A stretch of DNA of 64,000 nt from Candidatus Nomurabacteria bacterium (GTDB taxonomy: Bacteria; Patescibacteriota; Minisyncoccia; Phycocordibacterales; UBA918), in NCBI GenBank assembly GCA_020632095.1, contig JACKGF010000001.1, positions 134,549-198,548 on the forward strand, in the 5' to 3' direction. How positions within the stretch are numbered: position 1 is the first letter of the stretch; the number at the start of each line of letters is the position of its first letter. The position numbers were made by a program, and so were the translations under genes. The notes under the pieces are model-generated. The model was given only the letters and a program-made list of their open reading frames with translations, did no database searches and had not been told where the DNA came from. Shown here piece after piece: positions 46,228-55,441 of this stretch.

Positions 46228-46926
46228 CTAGAAAAACTTTTCTTGTAATATTCGGTAGGTATCGAGATGATTTACTACAGGAATGGTTTCAATCACACCA
46301 ATCACTGCTTCGTCGTTTCCTCCTGGATACAAACCATCACCAAAATAAACACATTCATCTTTATCCCAGTCCATTAGATCAATCAGTTTTTGAACATTTG
46401 TGCCTTTATGACGGTCTTTATGGATGTAGTCTAAACTGGTTGAACCACCAATTTTCACCACTAACTCATCTGAAATAAATGGCACTCGACGCATTATTTC
46501 CTCACGCTTAGTTCGGTCTGGATCGTAGGACTTTTTGAATTCTACCGGAGCAGTGTTACCAATTGGGCTAAAAGTAATTTGTCCACCCCTGTCTTCAATT
46601 GGTTTCCAATCGTGATTTAGATCATGATCGAGGATTTCAACAATTGCATCAATATGACGTAGTATTTCTTGTCGGTGTGACTCTTCTAAGAGTAGGTTCC
46701 ATAGCTCTTGATTATTAATATCAGTTGCATGGTTGCCATTCTGACCAAGGGTGTAAGCAGGTAAATCGTTGCTCTGCCAGCCAATTTTGCTTACCTCCTG
46801 ACCTGATACAATCACAATTGTGTGCGGTAAACTAGACAGTAACTCAAACATTTCTGGTAAAATTGGCTGACGGGCGGGAGCAACAGTTTGGTCCATATCA
46901 AAAAATAAGTGTTTGTATGATTTCAT
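46228..46926 (-). CDS. eukaryotic-type phosphomannomutase-family HAD phosphatase/mutase (PMM, HAD-IIB)
   Basis: 232 aa. LFFDMDQTVAPARQPILPEM parallels human PMM2 LFDVDGTLTAPRQKITKEM (the DxDxT nucleophile motif is retained). FSPIGNTA, KIGGSTSLDY, and C-terminal VYFGDGLYPGGNDEAV parallel PMM2 YFFGDKTMPGGNDHEIF. Confidence 0.75.
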   Translation of the reverse strand: MKSYKHLFFDMDQTVAPARQPILPEMFELLSSLPHTIVIVSGQEVSKIGWQSNDLPAYTLGQNGNHATDINNQELWNLLLEESHRQEILRHIDAIVEILDHDLNHDWKPIEDRGGQITFSPIGNTAPVEFKKSYDPDRTKREEIMRRVPFISDELVVKIGGSTSLDYIHKDRHKGTNVQKLIDLMDWDKDECVYFGDGLYPGGNDEAVIGVIETIPVVNHLDTYRILQEKFF

Positions 46927-47018
46927 GACTGTAGAATAAACTATTTTTGAGTTTTACATAAGGGGAAAATACACAACCTCATATCTGACAAACTTGAAAG
47001 TCTGCTATTATTGAATAT

Positions 47019-47555
47019 ATGACAACATTTCTTATTCTTATGGTAATAGTGCAAACTTTTGCCATCTCACTCGGAACCGGATCATCTACTTTAGCTATAA
47101 TTAATTTTTTTGCCGCAATAGCTGACGGAACAATTGATGAAACTGAACGCCGCATGATGGGTATTGTTTATAAAGTATTGCGGATAGCCATGGTGGCAAT
47201 TTTATTGAGTACAGTTCTCTTGGTGGCAAATACTTACAGTCAGACAGGCTTGATGAATTTACCAGCTTTTTACTTTGCCCAAGCGTTCACCCTATTTGTG
47301 CTTTATGTTAATGCTCTACTGATGACAGCTCATTTGGTGCCTAGTACTTTTGGCCCAGGGATACAAGCCGGAAGTTGGTACACACTGGGAACACTTGCCG
47401 CCTTACAAATTGCTGGAACTACTGATTTTAAATTTTTAGCCTTCTTCCTAGGTTACATAGCTTGGATTGTCTTAGCGATTGGTATAGTTAACGGGGTAAT
47501 GGCAATACTAAAATCTAAGAAAAGTACCGTTGATAAAACCAAGACCGACAATTAG
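47019..47555 (+). CDS. integral membrane protein (5-6 TM), unknown function
   Basis: 178 aa, almost entirely hydrophobic helices. Confidence 0.45.
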   Translation: MTTFLILMVIVQTFAISLGTGSSTLAIINFFAAIADGTIDETERRMMGIVYKVLRIAMVAILLSTVLLVANTYSQTGLMNLPAFYFAQAFTLFVLYVNALLMTAHLVPSTFGPGIQAGSWYTLGTLAALQIAGTTDFKFLAFFLGYIAWIVLAIGIVNGVMAILKSKKSTVDKTKTDN

Positions 47556-47575
47556 TAAAATAGTTGACACCAACA

Positions 47576-47604
47576 CAAAACCCCGCCTGAGGCGGGGTTT
47601 TGTG
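47576..47604. terminator. bidirectional rho-independent terminator between convergent genes
   Basis: AAAACCCCGCC-tgag-GGCGGGGTTTT with T-runs on both strands. Confidence 0.75.
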
Positions 47605-47617
47605 TTTTTGACGAAGG

Positions 47618-50600
47618 TTATGATTTCACTTCTCCTGGGTGTCGATTGTACGTAATTGGAATCAGTACTAGAGTAATAATGACAGAGAATACCAAACCGA
47701 ACATCACAGCGTAAGCCAACGGTGACCACAAGTCTCCAGCGTAAGTAAGAGGAACCATACCGATGACAGTCGTGATTGTTGTTAGTAGAATTGGTCGTAA
47801 ACGGTTACTAGCAGCATCAAGGACAACATTTTCGATATCAGCGTCTGGTCTCTGTTTGCGCATTTGATTCATCATGTCGATAAGTAGAATCGAGTTGTTA
47901 ACCACAATACCTGACAAGGCTATGAAGCCCATCATGGAAGGGAAGGACAAGGTGTTTTGTGTAATAGCAAGACCAACCATAATACCAATAATGGAGTAAG
48001 GGAGGATGGATAATACATAGCGCATATGCAGATAAGAATTGAATTGTAGTGTCAGTATAGCCACCATCAAACCGACGCCAACTATCAAAGCTAGAAACAT
48101 TTCCATAAAAGCTTTGTTTGACTCATCAGTTTCACCACCACCAGTACTCAATTCAACATCACCTGGTACATTAAGTTCGGTTTCAATGCGTTTAACGGCT
48201 TCTGCTTGTACTTCGCGAGCATCGCCGCCTTCAGATACGTCAGCCGTAACAGATACTATTCTTTTGCTTTCTTCGTGACTTATTACTGAACTAGACTCTC
48301 GTAAAGAAATTTTTACCAAACTTGAGAGGGGAACAGGTCCAGACTGAGTCGGGATAGAAATCTGACTCAAAGCATTGATACTAGTAACATTTGATGTTTC
48401 GCTAGTAGCCTCCGATGAGTTTTCTACGTTAAGTTTTACTACTACATTGATGTCTTCGTCGAGCGTGGTTAGGGAAGTAGCGTCGGTACCATAGAGAGCG
48501 GTACGCGCAACTTGAGACACCATAAATGGACTCACTCCCAGTGCCGCCGCTTTATCCCTATCTAGCTCCATTACAAATTCGGTACTATTGTTATTGGTGC
48601 TAGTCTCAACATTAATAACATTTGGCAGACTGCGGAAAATCTCGGCTGAACCGTTAGCTAGATTTGTTATTTCGTTCAGATCATCGCCGAGGAATTTTAC
48701 AATAATCGCCGCGCCAGTCGGAGGCCCATCACTTGGCTGATTAACTGTTACCTTAATGTCATTCAATGGCTCCATTTGCTTGCGTAAATCATCAACAATA
48801 TCTGTACTGTTACGCTCTCGATCTTTATTTAAATTGATAAAGATATTGGCAAATTTTTCACCAGTTCCACCTGAGCCAAACTGACTACCACTTCCAACTG
48901 TCACTGTAAATGAGTCTATTTCAGTTTCGTCATACAAGACTTCTTCCACTCGACGCACATCGATATCGGTTATCTCTTTGGTTGTACCTTCTGGATTTTC
49001 GATTTCAACGATAATGTAGTCTACATCGCTCTGGTCAAAGAAAATAACTTTTACCAAACTTAGAGAAGGTAGAGCACTACTGATAACAACAGCTATTGCA
49101 ATTGAAACTACTGTCATTGGTAGCCAAACTAAATTGCGTTTAAACTCGCTGTATCCTTTCTTGATTTGTAGTTGATATGATTTATTAGTGGCTAGATACA
49201 CCAGTGGTCCAGCGATAATACCCGCAATAACATTGATTGGTAGGAAAATTGAAAATACCAAAGCAGCAAAAATAAGTGATAGGAAACGATTTTGTTTTTC
49301 AATATCGTCCAAGTACACCTTCAATTTTGCTCGGTACCATGATTCTAGTCTATGAGCGTACTCAACTTGTTTTTGTTCAAACTTAGTTGCACTACGCCTA
49401 TGTAGAAAGGCAGCGGCAATCAATGGCAATATAGCCAAGGCCACAAACATTGAAGCAAATAGCAAGAAGATGAGGGTGAAAGGAATACTAGCAATAAATT
49501 GTCCAGTTACTCCTGACACAATAAACAATCCAACAAACATTGATACCGTAGTAAGTGTGCCAGAAATAAGGGGGGCTTTAAATTCACGAATCGTTTCAAT
49601 AGCAGCTTGGTTTTTATCAATTGTTGGATGATCCTTCATCTTACGATTAATTCCTTCCACCATCACAATCGCTGAGTCAACCAGAATACCAATACCCAGA
49701 ATCAGAGAAAACAGACTAAGAAAGTTGATGGTGTTACCAGACATGTATAGTCCAATAAATCCAAACAAGAATGATAAGGGAATGGCTAGACCAGCTAGTA
49801 AACCTTCACGCCAACCGATTGCAAATACTAATAGCAGAACCACCAGTAATACTGTTTGTAGGCCTGAGGAAGAAAGTCTAACCAGGTCGTTTTTGATATC
49901 CTGACCGGCGTCGAGAACCACCACAGTGGTAATACCTTCTAGTAATTGCCCGGGCTCCTTAAGTGAATCAACTTTGTCGTTTACAGCAGCTGTGATGGTC
50001 GTAATATCACCACCAGACTGCTTGTAAATTGAAAATGTGATTGAACTCAAAGAAGGTGCACCTAGTACACTCAAACGTGACAAAGACTTTGCTGGTGACA
50101 AACCATCTTCCACTGTCGCCACGTCTTTTATGTAGACCGGCTGTCCACCACGTGAGGCGATACCAATATTTTTAATTTGCGAGCTATCAGTTATATCGCC
50201 TTCAAAAGCTACGTTATATGAAACTCCATCGTTAATTATTTGCCCGATTGGGAAGGTGAGGTTGGCGTTGCGAATGGCGTTGGTAATGTCATTAAGTGAC
50301 AGATCAAAGCGCTGTAGCGATGTTTGATTTACGATTACAGTCACCTCACGGTCACGCACGCCACTGGTCTCGACTCGCGACACGCCACTAACTGACTCGA
50401 TTTCTTTCTCAACCTCTCCAGAGAGAGCTGTGAGTTCAAAGTCTGTTAGCTCACCTGATAGAGCAATGGTCAGAATTGGTTGATCAACAAAGTTTACCTC
50501 AGAGACGAAAGGGTCGTTGGCATCATCAGGCAAATCTTGTTTAACTGTATCCACTTCATCTTTTAAGTCTAAAATTGATTTATCTAAATCTGCACTGGCA

Positions 50601-50881
50601 TCAAATTCTACTACCACACTAGAAAAACCTTCTCGCGAAGTAGAGGTAATTTTTTTAACGTTTTCTAAACTAGAGAGACCGCGTTCAATTTCGTTTGTCA
50701 CTAAAGATTCCACGTCAGCGGCTGGAGCACCCGGCAAAACAGTAGAGACCACTCCAACCGGAATCACCACCTCTGGGGCAGATTCCTTAGGTATAGCTAC
50801 GATACTATAGCCACCAATACCAATTAAAGCGATTAAAAATAGGTAAGCGAACTTACTATTTTTTATAAAAAATTCCCACAT
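47618..50881 (-). CDS. RND-superfamily efflux permease (AcrB/MmpL-like, 12 TM with two large extracytoplasmic loops)
   Basis: 1087 aa. The topology and conserved RND blocks match, including the N-terminal IRRPI-like start (FFIKNSKFAYLFLIALIGIGGYSIVAIPKES) and repeated-halves architecture. Confidence 0.85.
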   Translation of the reverse strand: MWEFFIKNSKFAYLFLIALIGIGGYSIVAIPKESAPEVVIPVGVVSTVLPGAPAADVESLVTNEIERGLSSLENVKKITSTSREGFSSVVVEFDASADLDKSILDLKDEVDTVKQDLPDDANDPFVSEVNFVDQPILTIALSGELTDFELTALSGEVEKEIESVSGVSRVETSGVRDREVTVIVNQTSLQRFDLSLNDITNAIRNANLTFPIGQIINDGVSYNVAFEGDITDSSQIKNIGIASRGGQPVYIKDVATVEDGLSPAKSLSRLSVLGAPSLSSITFSIYKQSGGDITTITAAVNDKVDSLKEPGQLLEGITTVVVLDAGQDIKNDLVRLSSSGLQTVLLVVLLLVFAIGWREGLLAGLAIPLSFLFGFIGLYMSGNTINFLSLFSLILGIGILVDSAIVMVEGINRKMKDHPTIDKNQAAIETIREFKAPLISGTLTTVSMFVGLFIVSGVTGQFIASIPFTLIFLLFASMFVALAILPLIAAAFLHRRSATKFEQKQVEYAHRLESWYRAKLKVYLDDIEKQNRFLSLIFAALVFSIFLPINVIAGIIAGPLVYLATNKSYQLQIKKGYSEFKRNLVWLPMTVVSIAIAVVISSALPSLSLVKVIFFDQSDVDYIIVEIENPEGTTKEITDIDVRRVEEVLYDETEIDSFTVTVGSGSQFGSGGTGEKFANIFINLNKDRERNSTDIVDDLRKQMEPLNDIKVTVNQPSDGPPTGAAIIVKFLGDDLNEITNLANGSAEIFRSLPNVINVETSTNNNSTEFVMELDRDKAAALGVSPFMVSQVARTALYGTDATSLTTLDEDINVVVKLNVENSSEATSETSNVTSINALSQISIPTQSGPVPLSSLVKISLRESSSVISHEESKRIVSVTADVSEGGDAREVQAEAVKRIETELNVPGDVELSTGGGETDESNKAFMEMFLALIVGVGLMVAILTLQFNSYLHMRYVLSILPYSIIGIMVGLAITQNTLSFPSMMGFIALSGIVVNNSILLIDMMNQMRKQRPDADIENVVLDAASNRLRPILLTTITTVIGMVPLTYAGDLWSPLAYAVMFGLVFSVIITLVLIPITYNRHPGEVKS

Positions 50882-50885
50882 AATA

Positions 50886-52445
50886 TTATTCAGCTACTGT
50901 TACCGCCTCATCAACCACCAAACCACGTACATCTTGAACAAACTGGTCGTTCACATCTAAACCTGAAACTACTTCAACTGAGCTGCCCAGAATATTACCT
51001 AGTTCGACTGATTTCTTAGCAAGCTTTCCTTCTGTCACCATAAACACTGAACCATTTTCTCGTTCAAATTTCACCGCCGTCAGAGGCACAATTACTTTAT
51101 TTTCCAACTTAGATTTAGTTACATCAAATTCTTTCGTGATTCTGACAGTGTCTCCATTTTTAATGTCAGTGTTTTCAGTTGCAATTCGGACTTCTATTTT
51201 GCCGGTTGTACCACTGACAGCTGGAGCAATTTGAGTCACCTTACCTGTGAAGTTTCCTTCAAGGGTAACCTCATCACCAATCGCGATTTGACTTTGCTCT
51301 GAATCGCTAATGTAGGTTACGATTTCTAAAGCAGAATTGTTGGCTACAATTGCCACGGAAGAATTGCCGCCAATAAAGTCTCCACTCCGCACGTTTAATG
51401 AATTAATAGTTCCACTGATTGGAGTACGCAGGATTGTTTTAGCTAGATTAGCTTGAGCGGCTCGCAGCGAACCAAGGGCTTGCTTGATTTGTGCATCAGC
51501 GGCTGAATTGGTACCGCCACTTGATGCTAGTTCTGCACGTTTCAAACCTTCACGAGCTGAACGCAGTCCATTAGTGGCAGCATCAAGACTAGATTGAGTT
51601 GCAATCAATGAAGCTCGCAAACCAGTAAACTGGCTACTAAAAGCCATCAATTCCTCATCGGTATATCTACCAATATTATCTTGGTTGTTAAAGACAGTTA
51701 TGAATGTATCAACCATCGAGATAGTTCTTTCTACTGATTGCTTAGCATTATCAATTTCTGACTCAAGATTGGACTCGACAGAAACAGCATCAACTCGATT
51801 CTTCCAAGCTGGAAGCAATGTTTGAAAAGCTACTCTTTCAGAATTTAGAGTCGCGGTGTTACCCTTACCATCAATTCGTAAACCAGGCACGAATGAATTT
51901 GGGTTAGCAAAAAATGAATCAATGGAGTTTAATACGATTCCATTAGTAGTGTTGTAGGCTGACTTAAGTGTTTGAACCGCTGAGTTTTGTTTGTCTAAAA
52001 GATTATTCTTCGCATCATCAACACTGACACCACTTTGCGCTGAAGCAGCCACTGCTGAATCATAAAATCCTTCAGCTTGTAGTACAGAAGCGCGCTCAGC
52101 AGAGTTCTCAAGTGTAGCGACAATTTGACCGGCCGAGACCTTGTCACCTAGTTTTACATTTACATTAGTCACTCGACCACCGCGTTCAGCAGTGATATTT
52201 GCCTCACTAAAAGCCCGGGCGTTACCGATTAAGGATAGTGATTGATTGCCGGAATATTGAGCTGATGTGATAAGTGTAACCACTGGCTTTTGCGAACCGT
52301 TGCCGTCCTCTGCGTTTACATCACCATCACCACCCTTAACCACCGCCACCACAATAACCACTGTAACTATAAGTAGGGTAGCCAGTACCGATTTACGTCC
52401 CAAGAAAACCCCGGTTTTATTAAATATATTCATATATTGATTCAA
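50886..52445 (-). CDS. efflux RND periplasmic adaptor (membrane fusion protein, HlyD/AcrA family), long form
   Basis: 519 aa. N-terminal TM, a biotinyl/lipoyl-like half-barrel (KLGDKVSAGQIVATLEN ... PISGTINSLNVRSGDFI), and a long coiled-coil hairpin. Immediately upstream of, and co-oriented with, the RND gene; the gap is 4 nt. Confidence 0.75.
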   Translation of the reverse strand: MNQYMNIFNKTGVFLGRKSVLATLLIVTVVIVVAVVKGGDGDVNAEDGNGSQKPVVTLITSAQYSGNQSLSLIGNARAFSEANITAERGGRVTNVNVKLGDKVSAGQIVATLENSAERASVLQAEGFYDSAVAASAQSGVSVDDAKNNLLDKQNSAVQTLKSAYNTTNGIVLNSIDSFFANPNSFVPGLRIDGKGNTATLNSERVAFQTLLPAWKNRVDAVSVESNLESEIDNAKQSVERTISMVDTFITVFNNQDNIGRYTDEELMAFSSQFTGLRASLIATQSSLDAATNGLRSAREGLKRAELASSGGTNSAADAQIKQALGSLRAAQANLAKTILRTPISGTINSLNVRSGDFIGGNSSVAIVANNSALEIVTYISDSEQSQIAIGDEVTLEGNFTGKVTQIAPAVSGTTGKIEVRIATENTDIKNGDTVRITKEFDVTKSKLENKVIVPLTAVKFERENGSVFMVTEGKLAKKSVELGNILGSSVEVVSGLDVNDQFVQDVRGLVVDEAVTVAE

Positions 52446-52505
52446 TTTTTAAATTTGCGCGAGTTTAACATAAAAACAGCCCTTTGTCTATAGTAAATCG
52501 ACTCG

Positions 52506-52859
52506 GTGCAGTTACTTCGCACTATATGTTACAATCTTGCACATATGTTTGGAAAAATAAAAAATTTCGCGATGAAGAAGATTCTTCAATCGCAGATGAA
52601 GAATGTGCCAGAAGACCAGCAGAAGATGATTATGGAGATGTTGGAAAAAGACCCAGCCCTTTTCGAGAAGATTGCTAAGGAAATGCAAGCAGAGCTAAAA
52701 GCCAACGGCAACAACCAAATGACGGCCGCTACTAAAGTTTTGCCAAAGTATCAAAAGGAAATCATGGCGGTCATGAGTCCAGAAATGAAAGAACAGTTGA
52801 TGAAGATGCAGATGGGAGCCGCTGGACAATTTAACCCCAACGGAACGATTAGGAGATAA
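52506..52859 (+). CDS. small Met/Lys/Gln-rich helical hypothetical protein
   Basis: 117-aa ORF. Chosen over the overlapping 52484..52678 frame for its protein-like amphipathic composition. Start may be an internal Met. Confidence 0.3.
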   Translation: MQLLRTICYNLAHMFGKIKNFAMKKILQSQMKNVPEDQQKMIMEMLEKDPALFEKIAKEMQAELKANGNNQMTAATKVLPKYQKEIMAVMSPEMKEQLMKMQMGAAGQFNPNGTIRR

Positions 52860-52911
52860 ATCGTATACCTGCTAAATACTAATCAACAGGGCGCGCGTAC
52901 ATTCGCGCCCT

Positions 52912-53517
52912 TTGTTGTATACAATAGGGTATATGCAACAACCTAAAAATATTGTCGTAATTTGTGGTCACCCTGACCCTGATACCTTTACTGGTGCAAT
53001 TCTTGACCATTATCAAGTAGCCGCTGAGGACGCTGGACATCACGTCGTACGCTTTAATCTCGGCCATATGAATTTTGATCCAATTCTACACAAGGGTTAC
53101 AAAGAAATTCAACAACTTGAACCCGACTTAGTAGCTCTCCAAGACGCGATTCGTGAGGCTGATCATGTAGTGATTGGTTATCCAAACTGGTGGTGTACCA
53201 TGCCAGCTATACTCAAGGGTCTGTTTGACCGTATCTGGCTACCTGGTTTTGCCTTTAATTTCAATAAAGAAACTAAAAAAATTGAGCAACATCTGAAAGG
53301 GAAGACGGCTCGGGTTTATGTACTATCTGGCTCACACAGTCCATTCAAAACTTGGTGGAAATTTGGAGACTACACTAATGAAATTCAATACGGAATTCTA
53401 GAATTTGCTGGTATTAGCACCCAAGTCACTACCTTTGGCCCTTGCGAGAGAATTGAAGATTCTGTCCGAAATGGCTGGATAAAAGAAGTTGAATCTCACG
53501 GCAAACTCGCAAAGTAG
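52912..53517 (+). CDS. flavodoxin-like-fold NAD(P)H-dependent oxidoreductase (NQO/MdaB/azoreductase-type)
   Basis: 201 aa. N-terminal IVVICGHPDPDTFTGAIL (FMN-binding loop) and central VIGYPNWWCTMPAILKGLFDR. Confidence 0.65.
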   Translation: MLYTIGYMQQPKNIVVICGHPDPDTFTGAILDHYQVAAEDAGHHVVRFNLGHMNFDPILHKGYKEIQQLEPDLVALQDAIREADHVVIGYPNWWCTMPAILKGLFDRIWLPGFAFNFNKETKKIEQHLKGKTARVYVLSGSHSPFKTWWKFGDYTNEIQYGILEFAGISTQVTTFGPCERIEDSVRNGWIKEVESHGKLAK

Positions 53518-53592
53518 CATTGACTTTTTGTCAATTTCATGTATAATAAGAGTTGGTTAGTATGTCGTAGATTTTAACTGCGACCAACAATT

Positions 53593-54084
53593 TTGACCGT
53601 TAGGTCGAAGGAGAAAGAGATGTTTTCAAGACTTGTAATTGTAGTTTTGCTGGCCCTAGGCTTGTCGGCCTGTGGCGGTATAAGAGTAACCCATCAGACC
53701 GCCCAAGCAGACTCTGTAGCATTTCGAATTACTGCCAACGAGGTTCTCGGTAACGCGAACTCTGTTGTCGGATGTTCGTCTCAAACGGTCGCTGTCGATC
53801 CCGACATCAATGTCAGCTCCTCAGGAGCAGTCAAAGATGTGAACGGCAAAATCGAGTACGCCATGCAAGGAAACTCGAATCGGGCTCACAAATGCCGCAC
53901 GTTCGAGCAAATCCAAGCGGCGGAAGCAGGCTATCCGGTTCCGCCAGTCAAAACTGTGCCTCCGGTAAGTCTGGAGCGCAGACACGTGAAGCCTCAACGG
54001 CACTACCCAAAAAGAAGCTGGGCGTACCCGCCGTCAATGTATTCGAAGGAGTATCAATCCTATGGGAGACCTAGGCCTTGGTAG
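53593..54084 (+). CDS. lipoprotein in GC-rich island
   Basis: Lipobox LALGLSAC-GG (probable start at MFSRLV, 53620). GC ~55% against a ~38% background. Confidence 0.45.
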   Translation: MTVRSKEKEMFSRLVIVVLLALGLSACGGIRVTHQTAQADSVAFRITANEVLGNANSVVGCSSQTVAVDPDINVSSSGAVKDVNGKIEYAMQGNSNRAHKCRTFEQIQAAEAGYPVPPVKTVPPVSLERRHVKPQRHYPKRSWAYPPSMYSKEYQSYGRPRPW

Positions 54085-54346
54085 TAAATCTCTTCTCTTG
54101 TGCGCACTGGTCATAACACTGACCGGTTGCGCCAGCGGAGGAGGTCACTTCCATAGTGACATCGGCCCACTCGCAAGAGCTGCTTGCGAGTGGAAATCAG
54201 AAAGGATACAAGAACACCAGTGTCCACCTGGCACGACCGAAGTTAGGGTCAGAGCCAAGATGGAAACGTTCCCAACTAGCTCAGGATTTCAAAGGACTAG
54301 TTGCGATTTTAAAACGATATGCAGAAGAAATAGAAGAAGGAGATAA
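54062..54346 (+). CDS. second putative lipoprotein in GC-rich island (frame uncertain)
   Basis: Lipobox LLLCALVITLTGC-ASGG. Competes with the overlapping frame 54156..54350. Arg-rich C-terminus. Confidence 0.3.
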   Translation: MGDLGLGSKSLLLCALVITLTGCASGGGHFHSDIGPLARAACEWKSERIQEHQCPPGTTEVRVRAKMETFPTSSGFQRTSCDFKTICRRNRRRR

Positions 54347-54364
54347 GTAGTAAAAAAGTGTGAG

Positions 54365-54398
54365 GGCGCCGTATGTATCTGTACGGCGCTTTTTTTTT
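54365..54398 (+). terminator. rho-independent terminator closing the GC-rich island
   Basis: GGCGCCGTA-tgtatctg-TACGGCGC followed by TTTTTTTTT. Confidence 0.75.
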
Positions 54399-54486
54399 AT
54401 TTCATGCAAATCGTATTATGAGGTTTAAATACTATGGAAAGTATTTGCTCTCAAAATTTTAAACACTATGCTAAAATGCCGTAATT

Positions 54487-55326
54487 ATGCAAAAATCTTT
54501 TAGTAGGGAAGTGGCCGGGGTGGTAATGCGGGCAGTGGTAGTAGTTTTAACTATTGTAGCTATTATTGCTTCTGTCTCGGCCTTATACAACGTAGAAAAT
54601 AAAATCAGTGATGGTGAATGTAATATAGCTGTTATTCCAGTTGAGGGAGCGATATTACCATTTTACGGTTTTGGAGACTTTGATTTGGTTATTACACCAG
54701 AAACAGTGGAGTCATTTATGTACGACGCTGAAAAAGATTCCTCAATTGAAGCAGTCCTGTTTGAAGTTAATTCTCCTGGTGGCACTCCTGTAGCCTCGGC
54801 TCGTATTGCTGACCGATTTCGTAATAGTCCACTGCCAGTTGTTGGTTTAGTAGGAGACATGGCAGCCTCTGGTGGTTATATGGTTGCTTCAGCCGCTGAT
54901 TATTTGATTGCTTCGCCCATGTCTAATATCGGTAGTATCGGTGTCACTATGTCCTACGTGGAGGAATCTGAAAAAAATAAGGAGGAAGGTCTAACCTATG
55001 TCCAACTGACTACAGGAAAATTTAAGGACTCAGGAACTCCAAATCGTCCGATCACCGAAGAAGAGCGAGAAATGTTTATGGCAGATTTGCAGATTGTCCA
55101 CAATGAATTTGTTAATTTGGTCTCTAGATATCGAAACCTTGATGTTGAAAAAGTGAAGGCACTGGCGGATGGTTCAACTATGCCCGGAGCCAGAGCGCTA
55201 GAAAATGGATTAATTGACGCTCTTGGCGGCCGAGCTGAAACCCGTAGTACTTTTGCTCGCATCTTGAATAAAGATGAGAGCGACATAAAATTCTGCGAAT
55301 ACACTAAGGGTTTTTTGTCATTCTAA
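54487..55326 (+). CDS. sppA: signal peptide peptidase SppA (S49 family, 36K type)
   Basis: 279 aa. N-terminal TM. VLFEVNSPGGTPVAS and GLVGDMAASGGYMVASAADYLIASP (Ser nucleophile region), then GSIGV. Confidence 0.8.
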   Translation: MQKSFSREVAGVVMRAVVVVLTIVAIIASVSALYNVENKISDGECNIAVIPVEGAILPFYGFGDFDLVITPETVESFMYDAEKDSSIEAVLFEVNSPGGTPVASARIADRFRNSPLPVVGLVGDMAASGGYMVASAADYLIASPMSNIGSIGVTMSYVEESEKNKEEGLTYVQLTTGKFKDSGTPNRPITEEEREMFMADLQIVHNEFVNLVSRYRNLDVEKVKALADGSTMPGARALENGLIDALGGRAETRSTFARILNKDESDIKFCEYTKGFLSF

Positions 55327-55441
55327 AACCTCATTTGGTGCTTTGACAAAAGATTATAACGGAGTAATCTTTATTGTAGATTTAGGTCTTTGAAAGCATA
55401 TTGCTCAAGGAGCCTAGATTTCTTGTAAAGGAGACTTTATT

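Noticed and set aside
52484-52678. 64-aa ORF overlapping the 117-aa ORF in another frame
   Set aside because: The 52506..52859 frame is longer and has more protein-like composition. Only one of the two can plausibly be real.
53772-54074. Alternative-frame 100-aa ORF and 53821..54003 minus ORF inside the GC-rich island
   Set aside because: High-GC DNA produces long spurious ORFs in all frames. The frame with the lipobox signal peptide was preferred, but confidence remains low.
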